From Octopus vulgaris (taxonomy: Eukaryota), in NCBI GenBank assembly GCA_951406725.2, contig OX597828.1, positions 43,462,001 to 43,526,000 of the forward strand: a stretch of 64,000 nucleotides of DNA. Direction: 5' to 3'. Position numbers and translations under genes: made by a program. Shown one piece after another: positions 1 to 12,694 of the stretch (the first letter of the stretch is position 1; every line of letters starts with the position of its first letter). The notes under the pieces were generated by a model, which did no database searches, was not told where the DNA came from, and saw only the letters and a program-made list of their open reading frames with translations.

Positions 1-30
1 TATTTGTGTACGTATATACGTATACGTGCG

Positions 31-62
<32 letters not shown>

Positions 63-127
63 CACGTAGATATATACACATTTATATGCCTGTGCTTGTA
101 TGTGTAGAAGATATATATATATATATT

Positions 128-248
128 ACCGTGATCACCGTGACCGACCAGGCTATCAGATGTTGTTACACATCGCTGGTCACAATGCGCTTCGCATTGT
201 TTTAGCCTTGAAATTACCCCACCCCGCTGGCTAAGCGAGCAGGCCAAT
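128..248 (+). mobile_element. Short retroelement 3'-end-like fragment between (TA)n tracts
   Basis: About 120 bp GC-richer island flanked by (TA)n, containing the hairpin ACAATGCG-CTT-CGCATTGT. Family not assignable from sequence alone. Confidence 0.3.
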
Positions 249-289
249 ATATATTTAGATTAATATATATATATATATAGAGAGAGAGC

Positions 290-326
<37 letters not shown>

Positions 327-1587
327 TAGAGGGAGAGAGACAGAGAGAGATAGAGATAGATAGATAGAGGGAAATAGAGATAGAGATAGATAGACAGACA
401 GATAGAAGGAGAGAGATTGGAATTCGAAAATGATAATAAGAAATCTGTTCAGATGCTTTAGATACGTTTAATATTGGCAAAAACTGAAAATGATATTCTT
501 GTATAGAAACCTACAGACTCATCCATACAGACAAACATATAAGCGGCTGTGTGTGTGCGTGCGCGCGAGAGTGAGATAATTGCATATGCACTTTCACATA
601 GGTGAGCACATCATTAACATAATTAATTATAATCTTTTAGGGAAGACAACTCTAGTCAGTGCCCAGCATAATCATACCACTTGTGCAAATTTTTAGTTTT
701 CGCCGTACCTACGAAAATATCAATGGAAGAAACATTTTGATTTGATAGAAAATACAGAAACATGTATGATATTCACCGGGACCTAATCTCGAGGAATAGC
801 AAAATGTGAAATGTTGTACTATTTTGGTCTCATGAAAGTGCATCTCTCCATGTCACCCTACCAATCATTTTCCATTTAAGCTATAACATTCTGTCAGGGT
901 AAACCAATCCATTCTATAGTCACTTCCCCTTTACCTAAACAATTTAAACTAGCATATCAGTTTCTATGGGACCATACAATTTAGGTGGACAACAATGTAT
1001 TCAAAACATAGATAAGAATAATACTGCACAAGATATTTGTTGAATGGTATTTGGGTATACATGGGAGACAACTCTGGATATGTTTCGGTATTATTAGAGC
1101 AACTGAAAGAAGTTTAGTCTTCAACGTCTGAGAGTGGTGTACTTCAGGCTTGTTAGCATGCTTTTACCTGTATACATTAAAATGGAAGATTGTGTACTTT
1201 TTTACGTGGTAGGTGGTGGAAGTTGCGAGCGTCTTCATACCACAAATTTTCGAGACTGGTTGGTACTAGAATCATCAGTTATCGGTGTCAGAACACAAAG
1301 TTACGGGTATCGAACTGCGTCTCGTCTGACGCACTAACAGATCTACCAAAGCACCGCTCTGGTGTAATACATTTATATCGATCGAGGACAAGTGAAGTCG
1401 GCGTTAACGGGATTTGAACCCGAGCGCCTGGTGTAATAACAAATAGATAATATATAACGCCATGTATTCTTTTTAACAACTCTGCCACTTAACTGCTGCG
1501 GATTTCAAGATATTAATACGATTTATTAAGAACCATTAAAATATGTATATAAATTCAAAATTACAAAAATATATAGGATATTGCCTT

Positions 1588-1966
1588 TGGCTGTGTGGTA
1601 ACATGGTTCCGGGTTCAGTCCCACTGCGTGGCACCTTGGGCAAGTGTCTTCTGCTATAGCCTCGGGCCGACCAATGCCTTGTGAGTGGATTTGGTAGACG
1701 GAAACTGAAAGAAGCCTGTCGTATATATATATGTATGTGTGTGTATGTGTTTGTGTGTCTGTGTTTGTCCCCCTAGCATTGCTTGACAATCGATGCTGGT
1801 GTGTTTACGTCCCCGTCACTTAGCGGTTCGGCAAAAGTGATCGATAGAATAAGTATTGGGTTTACAAAGAATAAGTCCCGGGGTCGATTCGTTCGACTAA
1901 AGGCGGTGCTCCAGCATGGCCGCAGTCAAATGACTGAAACAAGTAAAAGAGTAAAGAGTAAGAGTA
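1588..1966 (+). mobile_element. tRNA-derived SINE family A (CORE-like body, internal TA/TG microsatellite, CR1-like tail)
   Basis: TGGCTGTGTGG A-box-like and GGTTCAGTCCC B-box-like head, CCTTGGGCAAGT, internal (TA)(TG), tail GCGGTGCTCCAGCATGGCCGCAGTCAAATGACTG and (GAGTAAA)n. Near-identical to copies at 11565, 12422 and 62441. Confidence 0.9.
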
Positions 1967-1984
1967 TACCTTATATATTTTAGT

Positions 1985-2443
1985 TACTGGGCTGCGGCCA
2001 TGCTAGAGCACTACGTTCAATGGTTTAGTCGAACAAATCAGTACCAGCATTTATTTGCTTTTAAAGTCTGGTACATATTCTAACGGGTTATTTTAACCCA
2101 ATCGCTGATGATTACGGGGGACGTAAACAAGCCAACAGCAGTTGTCAAGCCGTGAGGAGAACGAACAAAAACAAAAAGACACACGCACACGTGTACAGCA
2201 CATGCGCAACGCACGCATGCACACGCGCGCACACATACACGTACATACACACAGATTTACACTCACACAGAAATACACACGACGGACTTTCACACCGTTT
2301 CGAGCAACCAAGATTCACCAAGAAAACATTAGCTGACCCAGTGTTTCAACAGAAGAGAATTGAACAAGGCGCCGCCAAGCGAAACTGAACCCGTAAACAC
2401 GTGACTCCAATGTGAGCTGCTTAACTTCACAGCCATGCCCGCC
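1985..2443 (-). mobile_element. Old, diverged SINE family A copy
   Basis: GCTGCGGCCATGCTAGAGCAC tail, CAGTTGTCAAGC, and head remnant ACTGAACCC...CACAGCCATGCCCGCC. Confidence 0.6.
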
Positions 2444-2447
2444 AAAA

Positions 2448-2496
2448 TACTACTACTACTACTACTACTACTACTGCTACTACTACTACTACTACT

Positions 2497-2533
<37 letters not shown>

Positions 2534-2632
2534 ATAATAATAATAATAATAATGATAATAACAACAACAACAACAACAATAATAATAATGATAATAATAA
2601 TAATAATAACAATAATAATAATAAATAAATAA
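2448..2632. repeat. Compound trinucleotide microsatellite (CTA)n/(ATA)n/(ACA)n
   Basis: Seen directly. Confidence 0.95.
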
Positions 2633-3512
2633 ATGAAATAAACAAATGCAAGAAATCGATCAATAATGAGCTGTGTTATTTGTGACAGCCTAGATTCGAT
2701 CTCATCACCAATTAGTTTGCAGCCATTAACTTTATACACTCATTCTCAGTATATTTAACAAACGTATTGATGTGAACAATAACACCGTAGCGTTCACATC
2801 GTCTTCATTCCAATCAATTCCGAACAACGATAATCATTATCGAATTCTGTAGTTCTTTTGATCTCTAGCAGCATTGATCGATTTCCGAAATTCCTTGATT
2901 AAATTAGATCCTTTCATGTTTCACCTTTGACATGATATGTGACTTGTAAATGTCATTATTATATCACCGTTGGCTGCCATTCGATTCTTCGTTCAAGAAA
3001 TGTAGCCATGGACCAATAACTTAACAACAGAATTGCTTCTTTGTTTTCCATTGATTTTTTCCTGTTTTTCTCTTCGTCGTCTTCGTCGTCGTCATCTCCT
3101 ATCTTTATTGTCATTCTTCTCACTTTTCTAGTTGTTGTTGTTGTTGTTGTTGTTGTTGTAAGTTTGATGGTAGTGGGTCTTGCTGATGTTGATTTCTTTG
3201 TTTTTTCTTTTTTTTTTTTTTTTTGTTATTTCTGATGTTGAACTGCCCTGGTTAGCTCAACTCGAACTGACCTTTTGACCCGGAGGTAGGCAATTTAACG
3301 TTTAGGAGCAACACACAGGTCTCGAACTCTGGATAAATCAAGCTTCAGTTCAGAGTAGCACAGAGAGAGAAAGAGAGGGCGAGAGAGAGAGGAGGAGAGA
3401 AAGAGAGAGAGAGAGAGAAAGAAAACCACTGAATTAAAATAACAAAGCTAATAAAAAATTACACACACACACGAATAATTATATATATGTACATATAATT
3501 ATACATGTATAC

Positions 3513-3573
<61 letters not shown>

Positions 3574-3634
3574 TAGATAGATAGATAGATGTGTGTGTGT
3601 GTGTGCGTGTGTATTTGTATTTGTATACACACAT

Positions 3635-3693
<59 letters not shown>

Positions 3694-3858
3694 TACACAC
3701 ACAGGTGATGGCTAACTCGGTCCTTGCCGCTACTTTCAGACGAAGCCCAACAGAGGAGCTTTGTATGTTTGTTAGAAACCAGATCCCTTTCAGAAGAAGA
3801 ATTTAAATGATTAAAAACAGAAGAAACATACATACATACATACATACATACATACATA

Positions 3859-3972
3859 CAAAAATTCTCTGTTGTTGATGTTGAAATTCCAATGAAGGAA
3901 GCTTGGATCTAGGTTAGAGACCGGTTCTTTCTCTATTGCAAGAAATCTTGAAATAAAACTGAATAATGACAT
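3859..3972 (+). mobile_element. About 110-bp element embedded in (CATA)n, copy 1
   Basis: CAAAAATTCTCTGTTG...GGATCTAGGTTAG...GCAAGAAATCTTGAAATAAAACTGAATAA. A homologue at 61956-62066 also lies in (CATA)n. Confidence 0.8.
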
Positions 3973-4093
3973 ACATATATGAAACGATGAATTATCTAAC
4001 CAGGTCTTTATTTAAGTAAATCTTTTCGTTATTGAACAATTGAATGTAGGCAAAATATTAGCCGTATCCTCTCCCTATTGACCTGACATTAAT

Positions 4094-4293
4094 TGGCAGA
4101 AACGTTAGCACGCTGGGCGAAATACTTAGCGGTATTTCGTCTGCCGTTACGTTATGAGTTCAAATTCCGCCGAGGTCGACTTTGCCTTTCATCCTTTCGG
4201 GGTCGATAAATTAAGTACCAGTTACACACTGGGGTCGATATCTGTCCTTGTTTGTCCCATCTGTGTTTAGACCCTTGTGGGTAATAAAGAAAT
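4094..4293 (+). mobile_element. SINE family B (Meta/MESC-like central domain, Tx1-like tail)
   Basis: TGGCAGAAACGTTAGCAC head, GAGTTCAAATTCC B-box, GTCGACTTTGCCTTTCATCCTTTCGGGGTCGATAAATTAAGTACCAG core, tail CCCTTGTGGGTAATAAAGAAAT. The Meta-domain name is from recall and unverified. Confidence 0.85.
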
Positions 4294-4397
4294 ATTTAAT
4301 TTGATTCAGTCAACTACAATCCACTGAGTTCATTCCATGCAGTGTTTCAACGATTCTGCCGCACATTTTAAACAAACTTCGTAGTTGATACCAATGT

Positions 4398-4762
<365 letters not shown>

Positions 4763-5234
4763 TTTTATTATTAATATTTTTACTATTATTATTTAATTGT
4801 GGTTTAGCCATAATATAGAAAGGCTAAGAAAGAAGATTAATGAAAGGAATTAGAACAAAGGTCAGATATTCTTCCGGACGTTGCGGACCTGGCTTTGTGT
4901 TATAAAATTCTTGATTGCAGTTCAGAGAGGAGGTTTTTGCATCTAGCTTCAAGACCTGGGACATTGAGTTACACAAGTATCTTACATCTTCGTAAGGGCC
5001 CACTGCTTCGTAAGGGTCCACTGCCTTATTTTTCTTTCCTTTGGTTTTCTTCTTTTTTTTTTCTTACACATGTTGCTTTGTATTCCCATCAATCGACAGT
5101 ATCATCTTCGAATGTTCTGGAAATTACGCAGAAAGTATGTGGAAAAAATCTCCTGTTATTGTAAGTTTGGACATCTTTACGAATAGAGAGAAAGAAAGAG
5201 AAAGAAAGGAAAGAAAAGGAATACCATTAATCGA

Positions 5235-5402
5235 AGCGGAAGCATGACTGCCTAGGTAAGTAACATGTGCTGCAAACAGGCTGTTTTGGTTTCAGTTCCA
5301 CTGCACGTCAGACTTGCGCAAGTGTTTTCTACTTAAGACTAGAGTCGAGCAAAGAGCTGTAACTGAATTCGGTAGACGAAAATTGCGTGAAAGCCCGTCT
5401 GA
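5235..5402 (+). mobile_element. Diverged 5' half of SINE family A
   Basis: GGTTTCAGTTCCACTGCACGTCAGACTTGCGCAAGTGTTTTCTACT...GGTAGACGAAA. Confidence 0.6.
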
Positions 5403-5420
5403 TATATAATATGTATGTAA

Positions 5421-5497
<77 letters not shown>

Positions 5498-5500
5498 TAT

Positions 5501-5725
5501 ACCGGAGTAAACACATAAATGTGAAACAAGGGGTGGAAAAAAGAGTACTCAAATACCAGTGGTAGAGTAATATGCCTTATCTAAAGCAGCAGAAAATTCA
5601 ACAAAACCTGTTACTCTGAGTTTCCCGTTGCCGTTCATCGGACAGTTTTTGCTAGAAAAAACTGTCCGACGAACGGGAACGTGAAACAGGTTTTGTTGAA
5701 TTTTCTGCTGTTTTTAAATAAAGTA
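5501..5725. mobile_element. Fold-back non-autonomous element in (TA)n with hammerhead motif (Penelope-like pLTR relic)
   Basis: Inverted arms about 5575-5650 and 5656-5725 centred on GCTAG, with (TA)n on both flanks. Confidence 0.75.
5608..5645 (-). ncRNA. Type-I hammerhead ribozyme, U4C core variant
   Basis: Minus strand reads CTGT-CCGATGA-ACG gcaa CGG-GAAA-CTC a GAG-TA-ACAG. Stem I is CTGT/ACAG, stem III is ACTC/GAGT, and the cleavage triplet is GUA. Confidence 0.6.
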
Positions 5726-5740
5726 TATATATATATATAT

Positions 5741-6012
5741 GCTGAGATCCCCTTAGGTCATGACTGAACATGGGATTGCACCTAGAAAGTTACCCTCCCA
5801 GGCACAAGTCCGGGAAAGGTTGTTTATAGAAGACGAGCAGTCGCCCATGCATACTGGCATCCCCTCTCCACGACACCAGTGTTATCCAAGGGAAAGGCGA
5901 AGACCGATACAGCTTGGCACCAATGACATCGCAACTCATTTCTACAGCTGAGTGAACTGGAGCAACGTGAAATGAAGTGTTTTGCTCAAGAAAACAACAC
6001 GCAGCCCGGTCC
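5741..6012 (-). mobile_element. SINE family D (head truncated)
   Basis: GGGATTGCACCTAGAAAGTTACCCTCC...CAGCTGAGTGAACTGGAGCAACGTGAAAT...TTGCTCAAGAA. Homologous to copies at 8450 and 58753. Confidence 0.85.
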
Positions 6013-6299
6013 AAGGGTGTTATACATGTCCTGAAAACTCCTCACATCCTCGGCTTTGTTATCTTATTTTGTCTAATATATATATATATATATATATATA
6101 TGCATACTAATACAAGACCCACATTAGGCTCCTCACTCATATCACTATCGAACCAAGAGTTTAACTACGGTCTGTCCATAGCACTTACTTTGCTTTACCT
6201 GCCACTCTTTGGGTCTTCTAGATACTAACACCTCTCATACCTTTGCTACACATGTGTGTGTGCTTGTGTGTGAGTTTGTATGTGTGTGTGTGGCTGTGT

Positions 6300-6512
6300 G
6301 TGTTTCGTGCGGCCCACCTCACTTGAGAACAGGTTTACTTTTGTTTACGATCCTGTGACTCAGAGATTGGCCAAAAAGCGACCGATAGGATAGGTGCTAG
6401 GCTTTAACAAGCACATGAGAATATGCAATGAAGTCGATTTGTTGGACTAAAGTCTTCAAGACTGTGCCCCAGCATGACCGTAGTCCAATGATAAAAACAA
6501 ATATAAGCAAAA
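6300..6512 (+). mobile_element. Diverged 3' half of SINE family A
   Basis: ACCGATAGGATAGGTGCTAGGCTT...GTCGATTTG...CTGTGCCCCAGCATGACCGTAGTCCAATGA. Confidence 0.6.
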
Positions 6513-7116
6513 TGATAAAATTACGCCAAAGCATATTTTCATTTACGTTATTGTACGGGTTCATTAATTTCCCGAGCATGGTATTTAGAAGAAAATTATT
6601 TTTTTCACAAAATTGTTGCATCTTGCTTGTGTTTAACAAACTGGAATTCTGAAAAAAGTATTATGCAAACAAAAATAGCAAAAAAATCAAAGAAAATAGG
6701 AATCGTGTTCATTAAAAAAGCTATTCCGAAACAGCTTCAAACGTAATCTTTTACAGTGTCATACTAAAAGGAAGCGAGCAGCAAACAGGGAAGTGAACTT
6801 CTTAGAAAAATGAATTGGGCAACGATTTTTGGATGGAACACGGAGCGATTTTTATTCTTTATACTTTTGTCAAGATAAAGAAATGGTCATGAACTTCACC
6901 TCTAACACAGCAACAAAGATGATGACAGAAAACTTGGAGGTTGAGCAGTGACATTGCGTAGGCGTATATTCTTCTTCAAAAGAAATGAGGACGCTGAGAT
7001 GTTTTGTTAGAGAAACTGAGATGATAAATTGAGTGATGTGGTTTCTTAGACAAAAATAAATGGAAATGCCTAAAATTTACTTATGTGGGCACATTTATAA
7101 GAATAGTGAATATAAC

Positions 7117-7290
7117 CGCAGGCGCGGTTGTGTGGAAAGAGGCTTGGTTCCCAACTAAATGGCTCTGTTTCGGTTCCACTACGTGACACCATAGGTGAGT
7201 GCCTTCTACTATAGGCTCAGGCTTCCAAAAAACTTGTGAGCGAGTTCAGTGGACGGAAACTGAAAGAAGCCTGTCGTATATATATATATG
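7117..7290 (+). mobile_element. 5' half of SINE family A ending in its microsatellite
   Basis: CGCAGGCGCGGTTGTGTGG head through GACGGAAACTGAAAGAAGCCTGTCGTATATA. Confidence 0.7.
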
Positions 7291-7296
7291 TATAAT

Positions 7297-7633
7297 CTTT
7301 ACTCTTACTCTTTCACTTGTTTCATTCATTTGACATTGGCCATGCTGGAGCACCACCTTTAGTCGAGAAAATCGACCCCAGAACTTATTCTTTGTAAGCC
7401 TATTACTTATTCTATCAGTCTCTTTTGCCGAACCAGTAAGTTACGGGACGCAAACATACACACAAACACAGACACATACATATATACGACGGGCTACTTT
7501 CAGTTTTCGTCTACCAAATCCACGCACAAGCCCGAGGTTATAGTAGAAGATACTTGCCCGAGGTGCCACGCAGTGGGAGTGAACTCGGAACCATCTGGTT
7601 GGTAAGCAAGCTACTTACCACACAGTCACTCCA
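7297..7633 (-). mobile_element. SINE family A with internal deletions
   Basis: Tail (TACTCTT)n, GGCCATGCTGGAGCACC, and head AAGCTACTTACCACACAGTCACTCC. Confidence 0.85.
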
Positions 7634-7835
7634 TGAATATATGCATATATATATATATGCATATATATATATATATGCATATATATATATGTGTGTGTTT
7701 GAGTCTGCCTTTCCCTTTATATTCAGCGTTCTTTTTTATCATATTGACCGAGGAAAATGCCTAGAAGTTTTATCTCCGTATTTGAAACTCTGAGTTCTAT
7801 TATGACAACTTGCTGATTGTCCTCCACTATATATG

Positions 7836-7867
<32 letters not shown>

Positions 7868-7931
7868 TAAATACATACATACATAAATACATACATACTT
7901 ACATGCATATATATATGTGTGTGTATGTGTA

Positions 7932-8318
7932 GAGGTGCAATAGCCCAGTGGTTAGGGCAGCGGACTCGTGGTCTTAGGATCGCAGTTTCGATTCTCTGAC
8001 CGGGCGTTGTGAGTGTTTATTGAGCGTAAATATCTAAATCTCCACGAGGCTCCGTCAGGTTGTTGGGTTGGCGAACCCTGCAGTACTATTTCACTACAAA
8101 TTTCTCTCACACTTTCTTCCTGTTTCTGTTGTGCCTGTATTTCAAAAGGCCCGCCTTGTCACACTCTGTGTCACACTGAATCTCCCTGAGAAATACATTA
8201 AGAGTGCACGTGTCTGTGGAGTACTCAGCCAATTGCACTGCCAGTTAATTTCATGAGCAGTCTATCCTGCTGATCGGATAAACTGGAATCCTCATTGTCA
8301 CAACCGACGGAGTGCCAC
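7932..8318 (+). mobile_element. tRNA(Arg-like)-derived SINE family C
   Basis: Head TAGCCCAGTGGTTAGGGCAGCGGACTCG...GTTTCGATTC, body CTCCACGAGGCTCCG, tail AACCGACGGAGTGCCA. Homologous to the copy at 46884. Confidence 0.85.
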
Positions 8319-8319
8319 G

Positions 8320-8355
<36 letters not shown>

Positions 8356-8449
8356 ATGTATGTGTGTGTGTGTGTGTGTGTGTGTTTGTGTATCCATAGA
8401 TATGAAGAGAGAGAGAGAGAGAGATGCGCATATATATGTATACATATCT

Positions 8450-8768
8450 TGACCACCTTGTGTCACGAATGATCATGAGATTGCACCTAGGAAGTTCCGT
8501 TCCGAGGCACAAGTCCGAGCAAGTTTGTTTGTGGAACATTAGCGGTGACTCATTTAAATCAGTCACACTCTCACCATGGAAAAGGGAGCAAAGGCCAATT
8601 TAGCTTGGCACCAGAGTCGTCCTAAGTCATTACTGCAGGCTGGGTGAACTGGAGACACATGAACTAACGGGTTTTGCTGAAGAACACAATACGCAACTCG
8701 ACCCGGGAATCGAATCCTTCTCACAATTGTAAGCCCGATGCTCTAACTACTGAGCCATGCTAGTTCAC
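8450..8768 (-). mobile_element. SINE family D, diverged, with tRNA head
   Basis: GGGAATCGAATCC B-box and CTAACTACTGAGCCA A-box on the minus strand. Body matches the copy at 5741. Confidence 0.75.
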
Positions 8769-8787
8769 TGCCTATGTGTGTTTCTCT

Positions 8788-8840
<53 letters not shown>

Positions 8841-8952
8841 TATGTGTGTGTGTCTATGTGTATGCGTGTACACACACACAGGCACACACATATGATATGC
8901 AAAAACACGTGTAATACAAATTAATACACATACATATAAATAACACACATGC

Positions 8953-8956
<4 letters not shown>

Positions 8957-9007
<51 letters not shown>

Positions 9008-9099
9008 GGAGAGAGAGAGAGAGAGAGAGATCTATATATCACCCAATCAATCTATCTATTATCTATCAATCAATCTTGCGCTCTCTTTCTCTCTCTCTC

Positions 9100-9184
<85 letters not shown>

Positions 9185-9207
9185 ATATATATATGTATAT
9201 ATATATG

Positions 9208-9245
<38 letters not shown>

Positions 9246-9263
9246 TGTATGTATATATATATG

Positions 9264-9295
<32 letters not shown>

Positions 9296-9306
9296 ATATG
9301 TATATA

Positions 9307-9343
<37 letters not shown>

Positions 9344-9345
9344 TA
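8957..9345. repeat. Compound (TA)n/(GA)n/(TC)n microsatellite
   Basis: Seen directly. Confidence 0.95.
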
Positions 9346-9687
9346 TATCACACAAATATATACACACCATATTCTATTGATCGCAAACATTTTCATCTTT
9401 CAAACTATAAACGAAGTCAATATTGTAAGACATTTATATTATTATTCCCCGTTTCAAACGTGGAGGGTGATATCACTACTGTAGAAACGTTTCTACAGAA
9501 AGCATTGTCATCAGAAATTTTTCTTCGTTTCTTTTTTTTTTTTTTTTTTTTTTGACTGGAAAATAATAATGTCTCTTCTTTAAATTCAATAGTAAACCAG
9601 AATATTAGTATTTTAAACCTTTTGGATTATTAAGAAAAAAAAAGCTTCTTACAATGGATTGTTTTCAGTTATAAGATTTGGAAAGAC

Positions 9688-9718
<31 letters not shown>

Positions 9719-10062
9719 CAACAAAAATATTCACGACATCGTCACTCAATCATTCATATAAGAGAATAAATGTAATCGTGTTTTTTTTTTTTATAGAATT
9801 GTTGTATGTATAATGGTGGTGTTTTTTTTTGTTTTGCCTGTGTTTTAGCTCTTGCATATATATATAGAATGAAAAACGGGCGTGGGAAGGATTATGTACG
9901 TATGCGTATGTGTTTGTATGAGAGAGAGAGAGAGAGAGATATTGAGAGAGAGAGATATTGAGAGAGAGAGAGAGAGAGAAATAAGTAGATGGTTGGATTG
10001 ATACATATTGGAATACTCATACCCGGCAATTGTATAGATTTATGATATACATATGTATATCT

Positions 10063-10108
<46 letters not shown>

Positions 10109-10138
10109 TAATGTATATATATATATATATGCATAATG

Positions 10139-10203
<65 letters not shown>

Positions 10204-10517
10204 AATATATACGAATATGTGTACGTATTATATATATATATATATGAATGTTAGAGGGAGTGAGAGAAAGGGGGAGAGAAAGAGAAGGAAAGTAGGAGAG
10301 TGTTATATGTTCCTGTCTTTCAAAACGACTCTGCTATATCTTTTAACTTTTGCTTAATTACAGAAAATCTATTTAAAATGTCAATTTTGATTACCAACTA
10401 ACAAGCCATATTTCTCGGTGAACGGGAAAAACGAAGAACAAAAGAATAGTAATAATACAACTAATACTACAACTACTTTTTGTTGTTGTTGTTGTTTTAG
10501 CTATTGATCACAAGTGC

Positions 10518-10700
10518 TTGCCAAAAGATCAAGGACGATACAGTACAGCACATTATGGGCTTACGTAAAAAGAACCTGTAAATAAAGGAAATAGCGAAAA
10601 CAAAAGGAGATGCATACAACTCAAGCAGCGAAGCGTTTCCACAAAGAAAGAGATTTGTGAAGGGCCTTTGAAAACTCTCAAGGACAACATGGTCAACCTG
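10518..10700 (+). pseudogene. Possible Tc1-like transposase N-terminal HTH relic
   Basis: Translation IKDDTVQHIMGLRKKNL*IKEIAKTKG resembles the first HTH of Tc1 transposases. Stop codon present, no TIR seen. Confidence 0.3.
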
Positions 10701-11564
10701 ACCACAAAAGCAAGCGCCTTCTAATCTTCTGTCCTTCTTCAATCAATGGTAGTGGGCCGAGAGTAGGCCCATTCGCCCTGCCATTCTCGTCGCTGTCATT
10801 CACTACGCAACAGTTTCTCAGGGAACAGCACTTCACTCAAAACCCACATATAACGTGTTGAACTTGCAAAAGTTGATAAGGTAGTGATCAAAATCGTAGG
10901 TGTTTGTTTCCGTTTCTCTCAGTTTCACCCACCACACAACCTATTACGCCAAGGCCACAAGGCGGATATAAACTGCTTGCCTTTGCCGGACTAAGGAACA
11001 TGACTGAGGAATCTTCAGAATTGTCTCCATTGATAACAGCCTCCCTCTTACACGTGACACTAGCAATTTAAAAAAAAACTCTACAAGACATCAATGGTCA
11101 GGTACTGTGCGAGTACGGAGCAGTTTCCTTGGCTTTAGAGACTACATCAACCGGACAATGCTTCAAGTGAGCAATACCATCCCAGTAGTATCTGGAAATT
11201 ACCCATGAGTTACGGTCCAGAATTTTTGCGGAACAGACAAAACAGTTGATTTTCATTATCATCCATAGTTTCCCAGAGAATGTTGACAATTTTTCCTTCT
11301 GGGAATCCATAGAACGCCGCCAACGTGGTACTCCCTCTGAGCGCACTGTCAGAATGGTAGAATGTTGTTTGTGATTTAGGACATTACAAATTCTGGTGCC
11401 AAGCGCCTTTCCTCGGTCTTTGAATGACAAAGGACAAAGGACAGATGCTCTGTAAAAGAGACGAGCTCTGTTATGACAAAGGATGATCACACCTGTTAAA
11501 ATGTCAAGAAATCATACGTGATATTTCAATACCCGGACGTGCTTGCTAACCATTAGCTATCATA

Positions 11565-11784
11565 TACTCTCTTTTACTCTTTACTCTTTTACTTGTTTCA
11601 GTCATTTGACTGCGGCCATGCTGGAGCACCGACTTTAGTCAAGCAAATCGACCCCGGGACTTATTCTTTGTAAGCCCAGTACTTATTCTATCGGTCTCTT
11701 TTGCCGAACCGCTAAGTGACGGGGACGTAAACACACCAGCATCGGTTGTCAAGCAATGCTAGGGGAACAAACACAGACACACAA

Positions 11785-11817
<33 letters not shown>

Positions 11818-11982
11818 CATATATACGACAGGCTTCTTTCAGTTTCCGTCTACCAAATCCACTCACAAGGCATTGGTCGGCCCGGGGCTATAGTAGAAGA
11901 CACTTGCCCAAGATGCCACGCAGTGGAACTGAACCCGAAACCATGTGGTTGGTTAGCAAGCTACTTACCACACAGCCACTCC
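11565..11982 (-). mobile_element. SINE family A, young full-length copy
   Basis: Complete tail, internal microsatellite and head. Near-identical to copies at 12422 and 62441. Confidence 0.95.
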
Positions 11983-12421
11983 ACTCACTGGGTGACTCAA
12001 ATGAAGCACATGCCCAGTAGAATGTGTTCCTTGCACTAAAATCCGAAGATCAAATGCTATGATCTAGTTCTGGTTCTAGTCAATTCTGAAACAGTAGTCG
12101 GTCAGCTATATTGAGATCACGGACGCAACGCAGCCAGTCGCCACTTCAGCTCAGCCCTTCAGCGACGTCTTCCATTCGATCTAATCCTCGGTGAGAGTAA
12201 CCGTCCTGCTCGTCACGTCGTGATAGAGTCTCTCGTCCAGAAGACGTGAACAGGAAAATTAAGCAGTTTCATCCTTCCGCCCATCGCCTCACGAAAATGC
12301 CGCATGACAGCATGGAACAAGCCGCTATCCAACTGAGATTTCATGGCTGATAGTAGGTCCTTTTCGGTCAGATACTCATCTACACTATTCCTCATCAATT
12401 TCATGTGATGATAATCATATA

Positions 12422-12641
12422 TACTCTTTACTCTTTACTCTTTTACTTGTTTCAGTCATTTGACTGCGGCCATGCTGGAGCACCGCCTTTAGTCGAGCAA
12501 CTCGACCCCGGGACTTATTCTTTTTGTAAGCCCAGTACTTATTCTATCGGTCTCTTTTTGCCGAACCGCTAAGTGACGGGGACGTAAACACACCAGCATC
12601 GGTTATCAAGCAATGCTAGGGGAACAAACACAGACACAAAA

Positions 12642-12694
<53 letters not shown>

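Noticed and set aside
1063-1135. Hammerhead-like GAAACATATC on the minus strand
   Set aside because: The core has several mismatches and there is no stem II.
4988-5024. 18-bp tandem duplication CTTCGTAAGGG(C/T)CCACTG
   Set aside because: Two copies only, consistent with an ordinary slippage duplication.
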